This document shows positions 41,791 to 51,997 of a stretch of DNA of 64,000 nucleotides, in pieces. A program made the translations under genes and the position numbers. The stretch is from Candidatus Poribacteria bacterium (GTDB lineage Bacteria; Poribacteria; WGA-4E; WGA-3G). The notes below the pieces were generated by a model that did not search any database, had not been told where the DNA came from, and saw only the letters and a program-made list of their open reading frames with translations. Each line of letters begins with the position of its first letter. The first letter of the stretch is position 1. The stretch covers positions 96,001-160,000 of the forward strand of contig OZ244048.1 in NCBI GenBank assembly GCA_965215265.1. The letters run 5' to 3'.

Positions 41791-42975
41791 TTAACAAACA
41801 TCTTGCCACAGCCGATAAGCGATGACAGTTGAAAAAGTCAGGAAACTTCCTGCAACAATAAATGGAATCTGAACTGAGATGTTAATCAGGAATCCGCTCG
41901 CAACGTAACCGGTGAGGAATCCTGTGCTCCAAGCTAAATGTGTAAGTCCGACACCGTGCCCTTTTTCATCCGGTTCGGTGAATTCGTTGATAAAACGCGG
42001 AATCGTCGTTGAGAGTGCCCACGCGGCCCCAGCCCCGAGTACCCCAAACACTTCAAGCGCGACTAAGGAATTGTGAAAAAACGCGAGCCCCAAAGCGAGC
42101 AGCGTCACAACAGAAGTTGCAACGAAGGCTGGCATGCGATGTCCGACAGTATCACATATTTTACCTATAGCCAATTGGCACCCGAAGGCGAACAGTAAGC
42201 TCAGTGCACCATAATAGCCAGTGGCTTTCACACCGGCAGCTCGCGAAATCAGTACGGGCATGAGTAGGTTTACAGTTCCCCAATAGTAGGTAGGGAGTAC
42301 GCGTAAACCGATAAGCAGACGCATCTCACGTCGTCGGCACAAATTGACATAAGTTTGAACAGGGAGGCCTGTCCAAGCTCGCGTCTCACTGCTGCCGGTG
42401 GCTGCGTGCTGTTTCAATTTTGGTAAAAGGAGGCACGCACATAAAAACAGGAATCCTACCAGTGCAGCGGCCCCGCGGCCGAAAGTACTATAACCGATTC
42501 GGATAATTAGTTCACCGGCTAACGCACTGCCCAATGCACTTCCAACCGTTGAACTAATAAAGTAAAGCGCTGTCGCTAGGCCCAATCGATCCGGTGGTAC
42601 CGCGGTGATGAGGTACGATTGCCCGCCAGCAGTCTTAAAACCGGAGGCGATGCCTTCATAGCAGAGAATGCCCCAGATAAAAAACGGTACTTGGGTTGTA
42701 AACATGCCGCCGGCTGCCACTGCCCCTGTCATGCCGATAAGCAGTGTCAGTTTTCGTCCAAACCGGTCGCTGAGAAAACCGCCAATCATCGCGGAAATTC
42801 CACCTAAGCCGAGTGGCAGGGCACGCAACAACGCGGCGAAGAGGATCTTTTCCCCTAAGACCTCTTCTGCATACACCGGAAAAAACATGAGCACGGGCCC
42901 GGTTACCAGGCCGATGATAAACACGATGATGCAGAGGAGGATAAAGCCGCGCGTCCACATTGCAGATGACTTCAC
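41791..42975 (-). CDS. MFS transporter
   Basis: About 12 TM helices; motif A GFLSDRFGRK. Confidence 0.92.
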   Translation of the reverse strand: MKSSAMWTRGFILLCIIVFIIGLVTGPVLMFFPVYAEEVLGEKILFAALLRALPLGLGGISAMIGGFLSDRFGRKLTLLIGMTGAVAAGGMFTTQVPFFIWGILCYEGIASGFKTAGGQSYLITAVPPDRLGLATALYFISSTVGSALGSALAGELIIRIGYSTFGRGAAALVGFLFLCACLLLPKLKQHAATGSSETRAWTGLPVQTYVNLCRRREMRLLIGLRVLPTYYWGTVNLLMPVLISRAAGVKATGYYGALSLLFAFGCQLAIGKICDTVGHRMPAFVATSVVTLLALGLAFFHNSLVALEVFGVLGAGAAWALSTTIPRFINEFTEPDEKGHGVGLTHLAWSTGFLTGYVASGFLINISVQIPFIVAGSFLTFSTVIAYRLWQDVC

Positions 42976-43009
42976 TTGAAGAGAAACCGGTACCTTTCAT
43001 ATCGAATTC

Positions 43010-44710
43010 TCATTCGGAAGTAGACGTTCCTCCTGCCCGTCCTTGGGAAAGCCATATTTCTGGAAAATAGCGCATCAAACTATCTGTGATATTCGGTGCA
43101 GCAGTGCCGAGCCCGCAGGCACTCGTCGCTTTCATAACCGCACCGAGCTCTTGTAAAAGAACGTTGGGGGCTCGATGATCAGGGCGGTTTCCGTGTCGGG
43201 CTTCGGACAGTAGTTCTGTGAGTCGGTACGTCCCGATGCGGCACGGAAAACACTTGCCACAAGATTCCTCAGCGAAAAATTCCATCGCATTGTGTGCGAT
43301 GTCCAGCATATCTCTGGTGTCATCAAACACCATGATACCGGCGGCACCGAGCATCGCGCCAATTCTTTGGAAGCTCGGTTCATCGATGGTGATGTCCAAG
43401 TCCTCGCCTGCGATAAAGCCGCCAGAGAGTCCTGCTGTTGTAATCGCTTGAATTGAACGTCCCGTCCCCGGTCCGCCTGCCCAATCATAGAGGAGCGTCT
43501 GTAGGGGTAACCCGAACGGTACTTCATAATTCCCCGGTCTCCGGATGTCTCCGGAGAGGCTAATAATTTTTGTTCCTGCGAAGTTTTGGTCATAACTGAG
43601 ATTTTTATACCAAGCTGCGCCGTGTCGTAGAATCTGTGGTGCGGCGGCGAGTGTCTCGACATTGTTTACTGCGGTGGGCAAGTTCTCAAAACCGTGCGTC
43701 ACAGGATACGGGGGTCTATTTCTGGGAAATGGGTGCTTCCCTTCCAGACTATTCAGCAGGGAGCCTTCCTCCCCACAGACGTAAGCCCCGGCCCCCCGTC
43801 GAAGGTAGATGTGGAAATCTAGGTTTTTGTGGAGGATATTATCACCAAGGAGTCCTGCTGCTTCGGCTTCAGCCAGGGCACGTTCAACTATTTTAAACGT
43901 GTGGGGGTACTCATATCGGAGGTAGATAAAGCCGCGTGTCGCGCCGGTGGCATAAGCAGCGAGTGTCATGCCTTCAATCATCGCGTGCGGTGCGTAATCT
44001 AAGATAACCCGGTCTTTGAAACAGCCGGGTTCTCCTTCATCGGCGTTGCACACAATTGTTTTCGGTTGACCGGGTGCATTTTTCACAGATTCCCACTTCG
44101 TGCCTGTTGGAAATCCTGCACCACCGCGCCCGGCTAATTGGCTCTGCTTCACTGTTTCAATAACATCGGTTGCAGATAGGTGGGTTAGAGCATGAATTAA
44201 CCCTTCATAACCGCCGGTACGTTGATAGCCAGCAAGTGTATCGCGTTCTGGTTCACGGATTTCTGCGAAGAGACATTCCTCGTGTGTCCCCGGATTGGAT
44301 GGGGGGAGTGGAGTCGGTTGCACTGAAAGCGTGTCTACTCTGCTACCTGTTAGTACTTGATGTGCTTTTAGTACTGGAACACAATCGTCGCAGCGCCCGG
44401 CGCAAGGCATCGGTGTCGCGCCCTCGCTTTTGAGTGTCTCCAGAATTTCTAAACCGCCTTTCAACCGACAAACAGGTCCTGTGCAAACACGCGGTGCGTT
44501 TTGCCCCGGGGCCTCCCTTGCAAAATGGTGGTAAAACGTTAATGTACCAAATAACTCGGCCAGCGGAATACGAAACCCTACCGCGATGTCACGCAGTGCG
44601 TCCTCAGAAATGAAACCGTCTCTGTCATGGAAAGCGTGTAGCACCCCCAAAAGCGGGGCAGGTGCATCGCGCCATTCAGCAATCAAGGCTTGATTGGTAG
44701 GGGCTGTCAT
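43010..44710 (-). CDS. NuoE-NuoF fusion (NAD(H)-dependent flavo-Fe/S diaphorase subunit, HoxF/FdsB-like)
   Basis: N-terminal NuoE-like part (TFYHHF, VCTGPVC, CAGRC); GRGGAGFPTG, CNADEGEPG, GAGAYVCGEE, ESCGKCFPCRIG, CGLG. Confidence 0.88.
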   Translation of the reverse strand: MTAPTNQALIAEWRDAPAPLLGVLHAFHDRDGFISEDALRDIAVGFRIPLAELFGTLTFYHHFAREAPGQNAPRVCTGPVCRLKGGLEILETLKSEGATPMPCAGRCDDCVPVLKAHQVLTGSRVDTLSVQPTPLPPSNPGTHEECLFAEIREPERDTLAGYQRTGGYEGLIHALTHLSATDVIETVKQSQLAGRGGAGFPTGTKWESVKNAPGQPKTIVCNADEGEPGCFKDRVILDYAPHAMIEGMTLAAYATGATRGFIYLRYEYPHTFKIVERALAEAEAAGLLGDNILHKNLDFHIYLRRGAGAYVCGEEGSLLNSLEGKHPFPRNRPPYPVTHGFENLPTAVNNVETLAAAPQILRHGAAWYKNLSYDQNFAGTKIISLSGDIRRPGNYEVPFGLPLQTLLYDWAGGPGTGRSIQAITTAGLSGGFIAGEDLDITIDEPSFQRIGAMLGAAGIMVFDDTRDMLDIAHNAMEFFAEESCGKCFPCRIGTYRLTELLSEARHGNRPDHRAPNVLLQELGAVMKATSACGLGTAAPNITDSLMRYFPEIWLSQGRAGGTSTSE

Positions 44711-45010
44711 CAAATATCTTCTCCTCAATTAAGGCAGACTGCGCTGTTTTGTCGCCTACTTAGAACCTGCTTAATTAGTTACAATGCCTTATAAAGACTA
44801 AGATTCCAGAGCGATGAATAAATCACCCTTATATTATATATCTTATCAGTTTTTTAGATTCTTGTCAACGTTTTAGTTCATTAGCCCTATCACCGGTTTC
44901 AGTTCGCTTGACAAAATTTGGAATGCATGGTTAAATGTAAGTTGAACTAAGTGCCAACGATGCACTGCACGCTATCTAAAGATATTTAATCCTGCTCTGG
45001 AGAAATTCTG

Positions 45011-46273
45011 ATGAAAGACAACGAAAGTATGCTATCCAATGTGAATACTGCGTCTCAGCCTTCGCAACTCAAAATCACTGATATGCGTATCGTCCGAACG
45101 CAGGTCGGCGGGCCCATCGTGAAACTTTATACGAATCAAGGTATCTATGGGCTCGGAGAAGTTAGAGACGGCGCGAGTCCTACTTACGCGCTGATGCTCA
45201 AAAGTCGTATCTTGGGTCAGAACCCTTGCAATGTGGATAAAATTTTCCGATACATTAAGCAGTTTGGACACCATGCGCGGCAAGGCGGCGGTGTGTGCGG
45301 GATTGAAATGGCACTCATGGATTTGGCAGGGAAGGCCTACGGCGTGCCGTGCTACCAACTCGCGGGCGGGAAATTTCGCGACAAAATCCGGTGCTATAGT
45401 GATACCCCCTCTCTCAAAGACGCGGAAGAAATGGGTAAGAAACTGCAAGAACGCATCGACCGGGGGTTCACCTTCTTGAAAATGGATATTGGCGTTGGGT
45501 TATTGCGAGGAACCCCCGGCACCCTTTCTGCGCCACACGGGAATTTAGAGACGCATGACCTGATGCACCCCTTTACCGGCATTCGGCTCACTGATAAGGG
45601 CATCAGCCTCTTATGTGAGTATGTCGAGACAGTGCGCGGCATCATCGGCTATGAAATCCCGCTCGCGGTTGACCACTTCGGGCATATCGGCATTGAAGAC
45701 TGCATCCGGCTCGGGCGGGCATTGGAAAAATATAACCTCGCATGGTTGGAGGATATGGTGCCGTGGCAATACACCGAGCAGTACGTCAGACTTTCCAACT
45801 CGTGTGCGACACCTATCTGTACAGGCGAAGATATCTACTGTAAAGAGGATTTTATGCCGCTTTTTGAGAGCCGAGGCATTGCGATCGCACACCCCGACAT
45901 CGCCACATCGGGCGGCATTTTAGAGACGAAGAAAATCGGTGATTTGGCAGAAGAACACGGCATCGCAATGGCGCTCCACATGGCGGGCACCCCAGTCTGT
46001 GCTATGGCAAGTGTCCACTGTGCCGCCGCCACTGCCAACTTCCTCGTTTTGGAGAATCACTCCGTTGACAACCCGTGGTGGGATGATATGGTAACAGGAT
46101 TACCGAACCCGATTATCCACGATGGCTACATCGAGGTGCCAGAAACACCCGGATTGGGAATCGAACTCAACGAAGAGGTGATTCGCGAGCATCTCCATCC
46201 AGATGCACCTGACTATTTCGCAGAAACGACTGTGTGGGATGCCGAACGCTCGCATGATAGGCTGTGGAGCTAA
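45011..46273 (+). CDS. Mandelate racemase/muconate lactonizing enzyme family protein
   Basis: IEMALMDLAGKA, FLKMD, DHFGH, WLED, TGED, PGLGIELN. Confidence 0.9.
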   Translation: MKDNESMLSNVNTASQPSQLKITDMRIVRTQVGGPIVKLYTNQGIYGLGEVRDGASPTYALMLKSRILGQNPCNVDKIFRYIKQFGHHARQGGGVCGIEMALMDLAGKAYGVPCYQLAGGKFRDKIRCYSDTPSLKDAEEMGKKLQERIDRGFTFLKMDIGVGLLRGTPGTLSAPHGNLETHDLMHPFTGIRLTDKGISLLCEYVETVRGIIGYEIPLAVDHFGHIGIEDCIRLGRALEKYNLAWLEDMVPWQYTEQYVRLSNSCATPICTGEDIYCKEDFMPLFESRGIAIAHPDIATSGGILETKKIGDLAEEHGIAMALHMAGTPVCAMASVHCAAATANFLVLENHSVDNPWWDDMVTGLPNPIIHDGYIEVPETPGLGIELNEEVIREHLHPDAPDYFAETTVWDAERSHDRLWS

Positions 46274-46324
46274 CAACAGCAGACATCTCCCACAGAGTCT
46301 ACCGTTACTTAGTAGATAGTTCGC

Positions 46325-49300
46325 TTACTCGTCGGTTAGCTGCGTGGGCAAACTCTCAATCATTTTCGCCGATTCTACGCTCACATAGACGATGCGCTCT
46401 ATCGCTGTGATAAGGTCCCGCGGATGCTCAAACCAGCCGTTCGGATCGTTGACAATGCCGCTGTACTTGTCTTGCTTGATTTTGTAACGGTTGATAAACC
46501 ATTCCAAGGGCGTTCTGTCGTTGACCACGTAACGATGCGCTTCTTCTGGAATTCCAGATAATTGGACGTGTTCATTGATGATGAGTGTTGTTTTCGTTTC
46601 TTTATCGGCAAAACGCATGGCTCGCTTCCCTAATAGAAAATGCGCCGGTTTTTCCTCCCAAAATAAGATAGGTGTCCGTGTCCGGGGTTCAACTGTTAGA
46701 TTTGGGTATCGTTCGCCTGTCTCGTAATTGAGGTGGAGTTCGGCAAGACGGTTTCCTGCTTTAGCAAAAGTGCGGAATTCAGGTGCGAATGGGATATGTG
46801 GTAGCATCTTGGACAAATCGTTGGCGAATTGTTCTCTATAACTGGGTGCGTGGAGGAGCCCGTAAACGTAGTCGAAGATGTCGTCTTTGCTGATAGAGTC
46901 ATCTTGATAGTGTTCTTGGAAATTACGCAGTGCCGTGTCCGAGATATTGTCAATCCGTTCCGGTGTGCCGCCGATACTAGGAAAAGCGTTTGCTGCGTCG
47001 GATGTATCCATAGGCTTCAGATATCGATAGCGTGGGAAACACTGTGCACCGGCTTCACAAAAGTTAAGATCAGTCATCGTATCTGTCATAAGGGCAGAAA
47101 ATGGCTTTTTAGAACTGATGTTGGGGACACATATCACTCGGTTTTCGCTGGAACTGTCTGGGAAAATTCGATCTACTTGGAATTTCTCTTGTGCAAAGAG
47201 ATAGTCTGCGTAACAATACGTGGCAATAAAGGGTCGGTACAAAGTTTTCCGGATGTAACCCTTATCAAATTCTGTCCCTTTCTTTCGTTTCAATTGGTCC
47301 CTCAGTCCTCGAGACCACTTAATATTCGTAAGATTGTTGTGATGGGATACCACCTCATCTACCGTGAGTTCAGGATTCGCCTCAAGTTCAGAAAGTGCGG
47401 CGAGGTAGTCTTGCGTCATCCGTCTTGCATTTTCAGCGCATGCCTCGCGAGAAAAATTGTAGAGGTATGCGTCTCTGTTTGTTGCCAATCCCAAAGAGTA
47501 CAGCTGAAATATAGCATTATCCGCTTTGCCTGCTTTTGCCTGCTTTGTGCCTAGCGGATAAAACTTCGCAAATGCCTCGCTGCGTTGTCCAATCCAATCG
47601 TGGTGCTCATCGGGGGTGATTGTTTGCCAATCGTTGAACCCTTTTATAGAGACTGCCTTGCGGAGTGCCTCCAACTTCTCCTCACGTGTGAGGGAGTCGC
47701 CGATGTCATGGTAGTGGATGTGGCAGCCGTCGTGTATAGCGTTCGGATTTTTGATTAAAATGGTAATAGCGACAGGGGACTGAGTTGCATTCCCGAAAAC
47801 GCCTTCCCCTTCGGAGCGGAGCCCGCGTGCATCACCTCGGAGGTTCAGGACATAGATAGAACTGAACTCCTCTGCCCAACATGCGCGAATTGCCGAATCG
47901 ACCCTTCCAGTAATCCAACTACCAGGGGTGACAAATGCAACGACACCTTGTTCTTGGATCCTATCGGATGCCCAACGGATTGCCATCTTGTAAGTATCGT
48001 AAAGGTAACTTACTAGTGTTGTCGTTGAGCGAGCCACGTACGTGTTTTTTATTCGTTCTTCAAGTGCAGGATATTCCACATTCGGATTGTCATCCGAGGC
48101 GTTCTTCTGTCCTGCGGACCAGGGTGGATTGCCGACGATAACCTGGATTGAGAGTTGCTGTTGCCGTTCGGCGCGTTCGTTGTTGTCAGGCAGCCACTCC
48201 TTCGGCAAAAGCGTAGGAGCTTCCTGCTTGTTCAGGTTGAATGTATCGGTAAGGACGATGCCCTTAAAGGGTTCATAGTTGCTATCTCCGCCACGTCTTC
48301 CGCGGAAGGCTTCCTCAATATTGACGGCGGCGATGTAGTAGGCGAGGAGGACAATTTCGTTTGCGTGGAGTTCCTCCCGGAACTTCCGGTCCAAGTCATC
48401 AGGGCGAATCAGTTCGGATTGCAGCAGTTGAACCAGAAAGGTGCCGGTACCGGTGAATGGATCCAGCACCTGTACACCTTCATCGCTGAGGCTGCATCCA
48501 AACTCGTCTTGTAATATATCATTCACACTGTGTAAGATGAAGTCTACCAACGCAATTGGGGTATAGGCAATGCCGAGCCGGTCTGCCTCTTTTTTCAACC
48601 CCTTTTTGAAAAATTGTTCGTATAGCTCAGATAGGACCTGTTGCCGGCCTGCGCTGTTGTCTATACCGCGGACACGCATCCGCACGCTTTCGTAGAAGTC
48701 TTCTAAATTTCTCGTTTCGTTCTCCAGCCCGAATTCAGCGAAGTCCTGCTGTAGGTTATCTAACGCAGAAGCCACCGGGTTGCGTGAGGAAAAATCGTAA
48801 TCCTCGAAGAGTGCCGCGAAAACGGGCTGGGTTAAGATGTGCTGTGCCATCATATCTATGGCGTTGCTCCGCGTGATTGTGTCGTTTATTGACGCTTTCA
48901 ATTCTGTATGGAAGGCATCGAACCATTCACGAAGTGCCGTATTTGCAGGATTCTCCAATAGGTTTTCTATACGCCCAACAAGCCTGCCGAAAATAACGGC
49001 GACATCCTTTGCCCAATTTTCCCAGTATTTCTTATCGCCGCATTTCTCTACAATTTTTGGGAGGATTGCACTGATAGGAATATCCATCGGCATTAGCAGC
49101 TGCTGCACATCTGCGTCGGCACCCGGCACCCCGGCTCCAGCCCCACTCTCTCCACTTTTGCCGAAGATGAGTCTGTCAGGGAGTCTTTTGTTCAGATCTA
49201 TGCTATTGATTTCAGCGTCCAATCTATCGTCGTGCGAACGGAGGGCACGCAGCACGCCCCAGACGTTGGCGAATCGTTGATTGTCATCTAGCGCGGCGGC

Positions 49301-51157
49301 GGCGTCCTGACTTGCTGGGATAGCCACGGGCAGCACGATGTAACCGAACTCCTTATCCTTTGCTTTCCTCATCACGCGCCCCACTGCCTGAACGATATCA
49401 ATCTGCGAGTTTCGCGGGGTGATAAAGATTACCGCGTCGAGCGCCGGCACATCAATGCCTTCGGAGAGGCAGCGCACGTTGGAGAGTATGCGGCAAGTGC
49501 CCTCTTCACTCCCTTTTAACCAATCCAGGCACGCTTTCCGGTTCAAGGCGTGCTCCGTTCCATCGACGTGCTGCGTTTCGCACCGGAAATTTTCTAGGTA
49601 TTGTTCTTCTGGTAAGTGTTCAACCGCACGCTCAATAACTGGATTCCAGTTTCTAACCAGTGCCTTTGACGCTCTAATGGTGTCGGTAAAGGCGATGACG
49701 CGTTTTAGCGGTTTGATTGAGTCTTCGCCGAGCGCCTTGTTCTCTGGGTTTTGTAGCGCACGCCAGCAGCCCACAATCTTTGTGGCATCGTTAACGTTCA
49801 GCTCATTGCTGACGGGGCCAGTCTCACCCCTCAAAGCAGCGTTGACACCCCCTTCCGCTACACCGAGCACAACGACCTTGTAGTCGGCGAGCTCTCCTAT
49901 CTCAACCGCTTTGGAAAACGGGAGATGGTAGAATTCGCGTCCGTATTTCTCGTCGTCGTCCATAGAGAACACGTCTCGTTCATAGTTTGCGATTTTGGTT
50001 TTCACCGCTTCGGTGTAAATCTTTGGGGTGGCTGTCATATAGAGCCGTTTGTTAGCACGGATGCGAGTCTCATCGTGTACCAGAACGAAGGGGGAAAGCT
50101 GCCCGTCTGGCTGCTCTACACCGGTTGTTCTGTGTGCCTCGTCACAGAAGATAATATCAAACGGCGGTGCCCCGCCGGCTCCCTGGGCTTGCTCTACAAG
50201 TGGGAGTGAGTGATAGGTGCAGAAGACAACGCTCATTTTATCCGTATCAAGGGTTTTCAAGGTGTGTGAGATGGCTGAAGGGTTTGTGGTGACAGGGAGT
50301 TTGAGTTCCAGAATGGACGCATCTTCGGCTGTATTTCCGGCACGGGTATCAGAGCAGATGCCGATGTAGCTATGCGGGATGCCGCGCTGTTCTGACCATT
50401 CGCGCATCACTTGTGAAAGGAGCCCGATAGACGGCACCAGATAGAGGACCCTCCCGCCGATGCCGGCCAGCTGCTCTGCGATTCGGAGGGCGGTGAAGGT
50501 TTTGCCCGTGCCGCACGCCATAATCAACTTGCCCCGGGCGGCTTGTTTGAAACCTTCTATCACTTTCTCTAATGCCGCTTTTTGATGCGGCTTCAGGTTG
50601 AACCGTCTCTGTTGGTAGGTGAGCTGCTCGGGTGCCTCCAGGCGCAAGTCTGGCCACTTGAAGTGACTGCTTTCAAGTTCTCGGAAGTTCAGGATGCGGA
50701 GCTTGTCCTTTATCGGTTCTATGGTGCGGAGGGCGTTCTTTCCCCACCCTCCCCCGGTATTGACAATAATCCGTGAAGTGAAGAGCTCGCTTGCCGAGGC
50801 GGCGAGAAAAGAATCTATGTGTGGTTTTGAGAGTCGAGTGGTTTCGGCATAACACTTACATTGGATAGCACAATAGCCGCCCTCCCGTTGCTTTGCGACG
50901 ATGTCTATGCCGATATCGTTTCTGTCGAAGTCTGTGCGGCGGGCTGCCCAGTCTTTCCAGCGCCAGACTTCAGAGAACTGTTGCTTATAGTCCGGGTCCT
51001 CGCTGAAGTATGTGAGCATCAGGCGTTCGAAAAGTTCGCCTTTGTGAGACTCAGATTGAGCGGCTTCGCGGATGTAGTCTAAGACATTTTGGAAGTCAGG
51101 ATTGTTTTGGCTATTAGCACTGTGGGGGGTAAAGTAGGATTGCGTCAGTTGTGTCAT
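46325..51157 (-). CDS. Type ISP restriction-modification enzyme (Mrr-like nuclease + SF2 helicase + N6-adenine MTase + TRD; LlaGI/LlaBIII-like)
   Basis: FERL...GIDIV...IQCKCY nuclease; MACGTGKT, DEAHRT, MTATP, LSEGIDVP, QAVGRVMR helicase; DPFTGTGTF and GNPPW MTase; 1610 aa; AGGAG RBS. Confidence 0.93.
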   Translation of the reverse strand: MTQLTQSYFTPHSANSQNNPDFQNVLDYIREAAQSESHKGELFERLMLTYFSEDPDYKQQFSEVWRWKDWAARRTDFDRNDIGIDIVAKQREGGYCAIQCKCYAETTRLSKPHIDSFLAASASELFTSRIIVNTGGGWGKNALRTIEPIKDKLRILNFRELESSHFKWPDLRLEAPEQLTYQQRRFNLKPHQKAALEKVIEGFKQAARGKLIMACGTGKTFTALRIAEQLAGIGGRVLYLVPSIGLLSQVMREWSEQRGIPHSYIGICSDTRAGNTAEDASILELKLPVTTNPSAISHTLKTLDTDKMSVVFCTYHSLPLVEQAQGAGGAPPFDIIFCDEAHRTTGVEQPDGQLSPFVLVHDETRIRANKRLYMTATPKIYTEAVKTKIANYERDVFSMDDDEKYGREFYHLPFSKAVEIGELADYKVVVLGVAEGGVNAALRGETGPVSNELNVNDATKIVGCWRALQNPENKALGEDSIKPLKRVIAFTDTIRASKALVRNWNPVIERAVEHLPEEQYLENFRCETQHVDGTEHALNRKACLDWLKGSEEGTCRILSNVRCLSEGIDVPALDAVIFITPRNSQIDIVQAVGRVMRKAKDKEFGYIVLPVAIPASQDAAAALDDNQRFANVWGVLRALRSHDDRLDAEINSIDLNKRLPDRLIFGKSGESGAGAGVPGADADVQQLLMPMDIPISAILPKIVEKCGDKKYWENWAKDVAVIFGRLVGRIENLLENPANTALREWFDAFHTELKASINDTITRSNAIDMMAQHILTQPVFAALFEDYDFSSRNPVASALDNLQQDFAEFGLENETRNLEDFYESVRMRVRGIDNSAGRQQVLSELYEQFFKKGLKKEADRLGIAYTPIALVDFILHSVNDILQDEFGCSLSDEGVQVLDPFTGTGTFLVQLLQSELIRPDDLDRKFREELHANEIVLLAYYIAAVNIEEAFRGRRGGDSNYEPFKGIVLTDTFNLNKQEAPTLLPKEWLPDNNERAERQQQLSIQVIVGNPPWSAGQKNASDDNPNVEYPALEERIKNTYVARSTTTLVSYLYDTYKMAIRWASDRIQEQGVVAFVTPGSWITGRVDSAIRACWAEEFSSIYVLNLRGDARGLRSEGEGVFGNATQSPVAITILIKNPNAIHDGCHIHYHDIGDSLTREEKLEALRKAVSIKGFNDWQTITPDEHHDWIGQRSEAFAKFYPLGTKQAKAGKADNAIFQLYSLGLATNRDAYLYNFSREACAENARRMTQDYLAALSELEANPELTVDEVVSHHNNLTNIKWSRGLRDQLKRKKGTEFDKGYIRKTLYRPFIATYCYADYLFAQEKFQVDRIFPDSSSENRVICVPNISSKKPFSALMTDTMTDLNFCEAGAQCFPRYRYLKPMDTSDAANAFPSIGGTPERIDNISDTALRNFQEHYQDDSISKDDIFDYVYGLLHAPSYREQFANDLSKMLPHIPFAPEFRTFAKAGNRLAELHLNYETGERYPNLTVEPRTRTPILFWEEKPAHFLLGKRAMRFADKETKTTLIINEHVQLSGIPEEAHRYVVNDRTPLEWFINRYKIKQDKYSGIVNDPNGWFEHPRDLITAIERIVYVSVESAKMIESLPTQLTDE

Positions 51158-51650
51158 ATCAGGCTCCTATTTTCAAAGAGGGGGTGTGGGTTGTTTGTGG
51201 CGCGTTCCCGTGTTGAAGTGGTGGCGTTAACGGGTTTCGGAGAATATGAGGAGCGACTGGAGAGTCGAGTTCTGTGGCTGTGTGGAGCAAGAGAGTGAGG
51301 AACGAACGCGGTTGTGGGAGTGGATATGCGTGCGTGCACGAGGCCGTGCGGGTGCAGATGGCGTTCGGTGCTGCTTTCGCGGTAAAGGAACTTAACTTCT
51401 GTATAGTTAAGGGGGGGGTAAATCGTTATTTGGGAGCGCCGCAACTTCGCAGCAGCAACGTGCGTAAATGTCCCAAACGGAGCTCGGATATCGGCGGAGG
51501 CCACCGATTTTCGTGGTTGTCTAAGAAGATATGTGTCTGTCCAGCCGTTCATAAGCACTGATTTTCCGGTGTCCGATGCTGTGAGAAATATCCCAATTAT
51601 TATACAATATGTCGACGGAGAATGCAAGTTCTATATCGATTATTATACTG

Positions 51651-51995
51651 CTAGAAGAATCCAAAGTTTTTATTTTCACAATTATTGTCTATGTGCTTGT
51701 CGTCAATTGGGCTCAGGTCTCGAATTTGATTACCATAGAGGCCAAGCCATGTCAGATTTTTGGCATGTTCCAAGCCGGTTAAGTTTTTGATTTCACTATC
51801 GCCTGCATCTAATCGCGTTAATTTTTGCATCTCCAATTCCGTAAGCGGGATTTGTTCAGGTAAACCGAGTGCTTCTTGTACTGCCTGTCGCAAATTGGGA
51901 TCCGGCATCCATTCGTTTTCTGCCACTGCGGCAAAATCGGATGCAATACCAAGTACAATCAGAATGGCTAAACCGAATCGACAAATCTGTTTCAT
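51651..51995 (-). pseudogene. Truncated internalin-like leucine-rich-repeat protein
   Basis: Signal peptide, cap MPDPNLRQAV, LRRs (IKNLTGLEHAKNLTWLGLYGNQIRDLSP), then an abrupt switch to AT-rich non-LRR sequence at ~51705. Confidence 0.8.
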
Positions 51996-51997
51996 AA

